Of a DNA stretch of 64,000 nucleotides, positions 60,982 to 64,000 are shown piece by piece. Within the stretch, counting starts at the first letter, position 1. Every line of letters begins with the position of its first letter. Position numbers and translations under genes: made by a program. Source of the stretch: Escherichia phage phT4A; sequence record NC_055712.1; one strand, given 5' to 3'. The notes beneath the pieces are model-generated. The model did not search any database and was not told the DNA's origin. It was given only the letters and a program-made list of their open reading frames with translations.

Positions 60982-61890
60982 TTAGTAATGGCTAAAACCA
61001 TATGTAACATCAATCATGACTTTATAACGGCATACACGCATTTTTGCGTTATTGTAATCCACTGGGATCGCTACCACGTCAGCAGGATCCACCTTTACCT
61101 GAATGACTCTACCAACACCGCCCCCGTAGTGTGGAAGGTATGATTTAGCCGCAACGTGTAGGCCAGTAGAACAGGTGCGCGTTTTATCTTCGTCTACCAT
61201 GTTTCGAGGCATGGAGACAGTCACACCAGGACTATTATCAAATTTGCCAGTAGCGAGATCTTTATAGTTATCGCGTACACGTTTCCAGGCAAGAAAACAA
61301 CCATCATCGGTCAGTTCAATGTCATTATGTACAAGGAACCCATAAAGCTGGTATACAGCATCGCGTGAAGGGTTTCGCATCAACCGTTCAAAGAAGTTCA
61401 CCAGATGTTCATACGGACGATCGTTATACATTTCGCGAATGATTCGTTGAGTGATATCAGAATCAAACACTACATCTTTATATAGAAGCTGATGACCAAT
61501 GATTTTAATGTTGCCTTTGCTATAGGTTCGGATCGCTTCTTGAGTATCCAAACAAGTTACAGCACCTTTGACATCACCAGCTTTCAGCATTTCATGCGCT
61601 TTCTTAAAGTTCGGATGTGTTTCACCCGCCATGAAAACGCGCCCTTCGTATACAACCGTAATGAACGATTCAGATCCGATCATACGCGGTACAGTGTCTG
61701 ATACTTTAGGCTTTTGTTTTACATCCCTTTTCTTAGGGAATTCCGCTAACTTGCGGTTGATAACGCGCCCAATGGTTCGGGCGCTTACGTTGAACTGTTG
61801 GGCCAGTGCTGTTTTACTTGCCCCCGTCAACCATCCATTATAGATAGCTTTCTGTTGTACTTCGTCAAGAATTTTGACCATTATTTCCAC
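60982..61890 (-). CDS. rIIB: rIIB protein
   Basis: 302 aa; N-terminal HTH-like, F.FLV.NDIE(L/I)T(D/E)DG.F.AWK.VR.NY, DNSPG, TCS(T/R)GLHV, SYL/IPH(Y/F)G, VKV.P.DVV.IP.DYN.AKMR.C.Y.V match T4 rIIB. Confidence 0.93.
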   Translation of the reverse strand: MEIMVKILDEVQQKAIYNGWLTGASKTALAQQFNVSARTIGRVINRKLAEFPKKRDVKQKPKVSDTVPRMIGSESFITVVYEGRVFMAGETHPNFKKAHEMLKAGDVKGAVTCLDTQEAIRTYSKGNIKIIGHQLLYKDVVFDSDITQRIIREMYNDRPYEHLVNFFERLMRNPSRDAVYQLYGFLVHNDIELTDDGCFLAWKRVRDNYKDLATGKFDNSPGVTVSMPRNMVDEDKTRTCSTGLHVAAKSYLPHYGGGVGRVIQVKVDPADVVAIPVDYNNAKMRVCRYKVMIDVTYGFSHY

Positions 61891-64000
61891 CGTATTAATT
61901 TCTTAAACTCACTGAGATTCTTTTCGTTGTTGTAAATCGGACGAATTGAATAAGAATCGCTATGTTCAACAAGTGAAGCCAGTAACGGGTTTAGTGATTT
62001 AAAGATTTCCCATGCCTGATCAACACGTTTTTTCATATTGCTGCGTTTAACGCGCATTGATGCTACAGATTCACGCAGAATCGGACAACGCGCCCTGGAA
62101 AGATTTTTACCATCTTTCTCATACCCTTCCAGACACACTATACGTTCGAGGGTATCAACAATCTTATACAGTTTTTCATTATATCGGTTTTTCACAATCC
62201 GATCAAGCGATACACCAAAACGGCTATGCAATGCGTCTGTTTCTGTTGAGTGTTCCTTACCAATCCATCCAGGCAAGCAATTATCTTTCAATGCCTTTTC
62301 GGATTTAACATACTGCTTGCACAGCATATCATCAAAGCATACCAGATTTGAATCCGGGATCCACTTCCAGAGGCTGTTACGGATAGCAAACACAACAGGG
62401 ATCCCAGTATGGCGCATGATACGCGATAAAGTAGATTCTTTCATTGCTGAATCCATAGACAACCTGGAATTTTCACCATCTAAGCGGCTATATTCATCAA
62501 TACCATACAACCGAACACCTGGGGCTTTATCCAGTGATAAAAACTCTGATTTTGTCATAAACAGAGAAGTTTTTGCCAGATTGCCGTTACTATCCAACTC
62601 ATAACGATATACGGTCGGGGTTTTTGGGCGCGGTTCTGAATTTTTCGGTGCATATAGCGCTTTTGATTTTTCGCGATCTGCATCATAGATCTCTTTTTCT
62701 TTTGTCATTTCACTGGTACGGAGATACACAATTTCCGATTCATCAAAATGACCTTTCCGAACGATATCATTAACAATCTCACGCTTTGAATCACTATCGT
62801 AATATGCAACAAAGCTAACACGGCTTAGGTTATGCATTTTAGCATACCCGACGATATACGGTTTAACCGTGTTGGTATCCACTTTTAACAGAATGAGTTT
62901 CTTCTGTTTCCACGGATAATAAATGCGTGTGATGTCCTGGCGTTTGGTTGTTTCTGGCTTATACTTGCTCCAGCGGCCTCCGCTACCCGTTACCTGATAC
63001 CATGCATCTTTACCGTCGTATTCGTTCGCCCAATACCCAGCAACATAATCATCATTATATTTGTTTGGTTTGACTAGTTCGCTATGGATCCAGCCAATAG
63101 AATCACCATTGATGCGAAAATTAGCATCTTTACCAACAAAGTTTTGTACCATTGAAGGCAGAGAATGGAACCACGTCAGTTTATCACGAACGGTTTGTAA
63201 CTTATCGAATTCTGATTTAACTCGATTGAAATACACCCGGCTGATTTGTTTCAGACGTTCTTTAACAATCCCTACTGTCATTTTATCCATACTCAACTCT
63301 TCGCGAGAAGGCATGAAATCAAGTTCACCGATCGGGAAGTCAATAATATACGTATACTGGCTTTCGGTATAACAATAGAACATCGATGTATCATACAAAT
63401 CTTTATCCAGGGGATAAATGATGTTACCCATGCGAGCATATACACCGCTCGTGTATGCTGATTTGTGACGGATCACCCCACTATCGTTGGTTGCTTCTTT
63501 CGGCTGATAGTTGATTTTGAGAATAGAAGCACCAACAAAGTTAGGACGAATATCAGTAAATGATTCGTATACCCTTGCTGCTTCGTTTTCCCATTCTTTG
63601 ATATCTTCAACCTTAACCGGAACCGTGATAGTAACCCCGTTAGGTTCATCGCTTTCAATCTCATACAGAGGATCGCAGAACGGTTCCCCATCATCCATAT
63701 AGATTGTATAACCGCATTTGATACCGTCTTTTACAGATTCAACTGTGAACGCATCGGAATAGCAAAGCGGAGATTTGCAACCCAGACCCATAGAACCGAT
63801 CAGGTCGTTTGAATCATTTTTAGTTGATTCGAAGTAAACGGTAAACGCATCACTAACGAAATCAGGAGACATACCGATCCCGTAGTCACGAATAACAAAA
63901 CGAGGATCAACAGCAGTTGGCAACTGGACATCAAACGGGTTCTGATTTCCCGCTTCTTTGTGTCCATCGATCGCATTACAAGACAGTTCGCGAATGATTG
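61881..64000 (-). CDS. rIIA: rIIA protein (N-terminus beyond the window edge)
   Basis: ORF stays open to position 64000; RDYGIGM (GHKL ATPase-like G1 box) near the N-terminal end; upstream of rIIB as in T4. Confidence 0.85.
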   Translation of the reverse strand, partial: IIRELSCNAIDGHKEAGNQNPFDVQLPTAVDPRFVIRDYGIGMSPDFVSDAFTVYFESTKNDSNDLIGSMGLGCKSPLCYSDAFTVESVKDGIKCGYTIYMDDGEPFCDPLYEIESDEPNGVTITVPVKVEDIKEWENEAARVYESFTDIRPNFVGASILKINYQPKEATNDSGVIRHKSAYTSGVYARMGNIIYPLDKDLYDTSMFYCYTESQYTYIIDFPIGELDFMPSREELSMDKMTVGIVKERLKQISRVYFNRVKSEFDKLQTVRDKLTWFHSLPSMVQNFVGKDANFRINGDSIGWIHSELVKPNKYNDDYVAGYWANEYDGKDAWYQVTGSGGRWSKYKPETTKRQDITRIYYPWKQKKLILLKVDTNTVKPYIVGYAKMHNLSRVSFVAYYDSDSKREIVNDIVRKGHFDESEIVYLRTSEMTKEKEIYDADREKSKALYAPKNSEPRPKTPTVYRYELDSNGNLAKTSLFMTKSEFLSLDKAPGVRLYGIDEYSRLDGENSRLSMDSAMKESTLSRIMRHTGIPVVFAIRNSLWKWIPDSNLVCFDDMLCKQYVKSEKALKDNCLPGWIGKEHSTETDALHSRFGVSLDRIVKNRYNEKLYKIVDTLERIVCLEGYEKDGKNLSRARCPILRESVASMRVKRSNMKKRVDQAWEIFKSLNPLLASLVEHSDSYSIRPIYNNEKNLSEFKKLIRWK

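Overview
This window is a segment of a T4-like myovirus genome, carried on a draft scaffold with four 100-N gaps. Positions 1-23448 hold the conserved late structural block in T4 order on the + strand: gp7 (3' end), 8, 9, 10, 11, 12, wac, 13, 14, 15, 16, 17, 18, 19, 20, 67, 68, 21, 22, 23, 24, with two GIY-YIG homing-endonuclease genes inserted (between 13/14 and 23/24). Next come uvsY and a convergent uvsW.1/uvsW pair, then a roughly 16 kb accessory region (26.4-42.5 kb) encoding a mini-Hoc, HAD phosphatases, a kinase-like protein, a Tpt1-like ART-fold protein, RnlB, NadV, Dam, NrdC, endonuclease VII, an NrdG fragment and a second glutaredoxin. The long-tail-fibre locus follows (gp34, gp35, two co-linear gp37-type distal fibre genes, a gp38-like chaperone), then holin t and, on the - strand, ndd, rIIB and a truncated rIIA. 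The most notable observations are the dual (or alternative-allele) distal fibre modules, one carrying a C-terminal S74 self-cleaving chaperone domain; a NAD/RNA-repair-flavoured accessory cluster; a Hoc capsid-binding-domain-only paralog; and a TAGATC iteron array upstream of uvsY. Two core genes (wac, 67) are broken by single-base homopolymer indels and gap flanks overlap, so assembly quality limits several conclusions. All homology calls rest on reading the translations against remembered T4 proteins and motifs; no database search was run.
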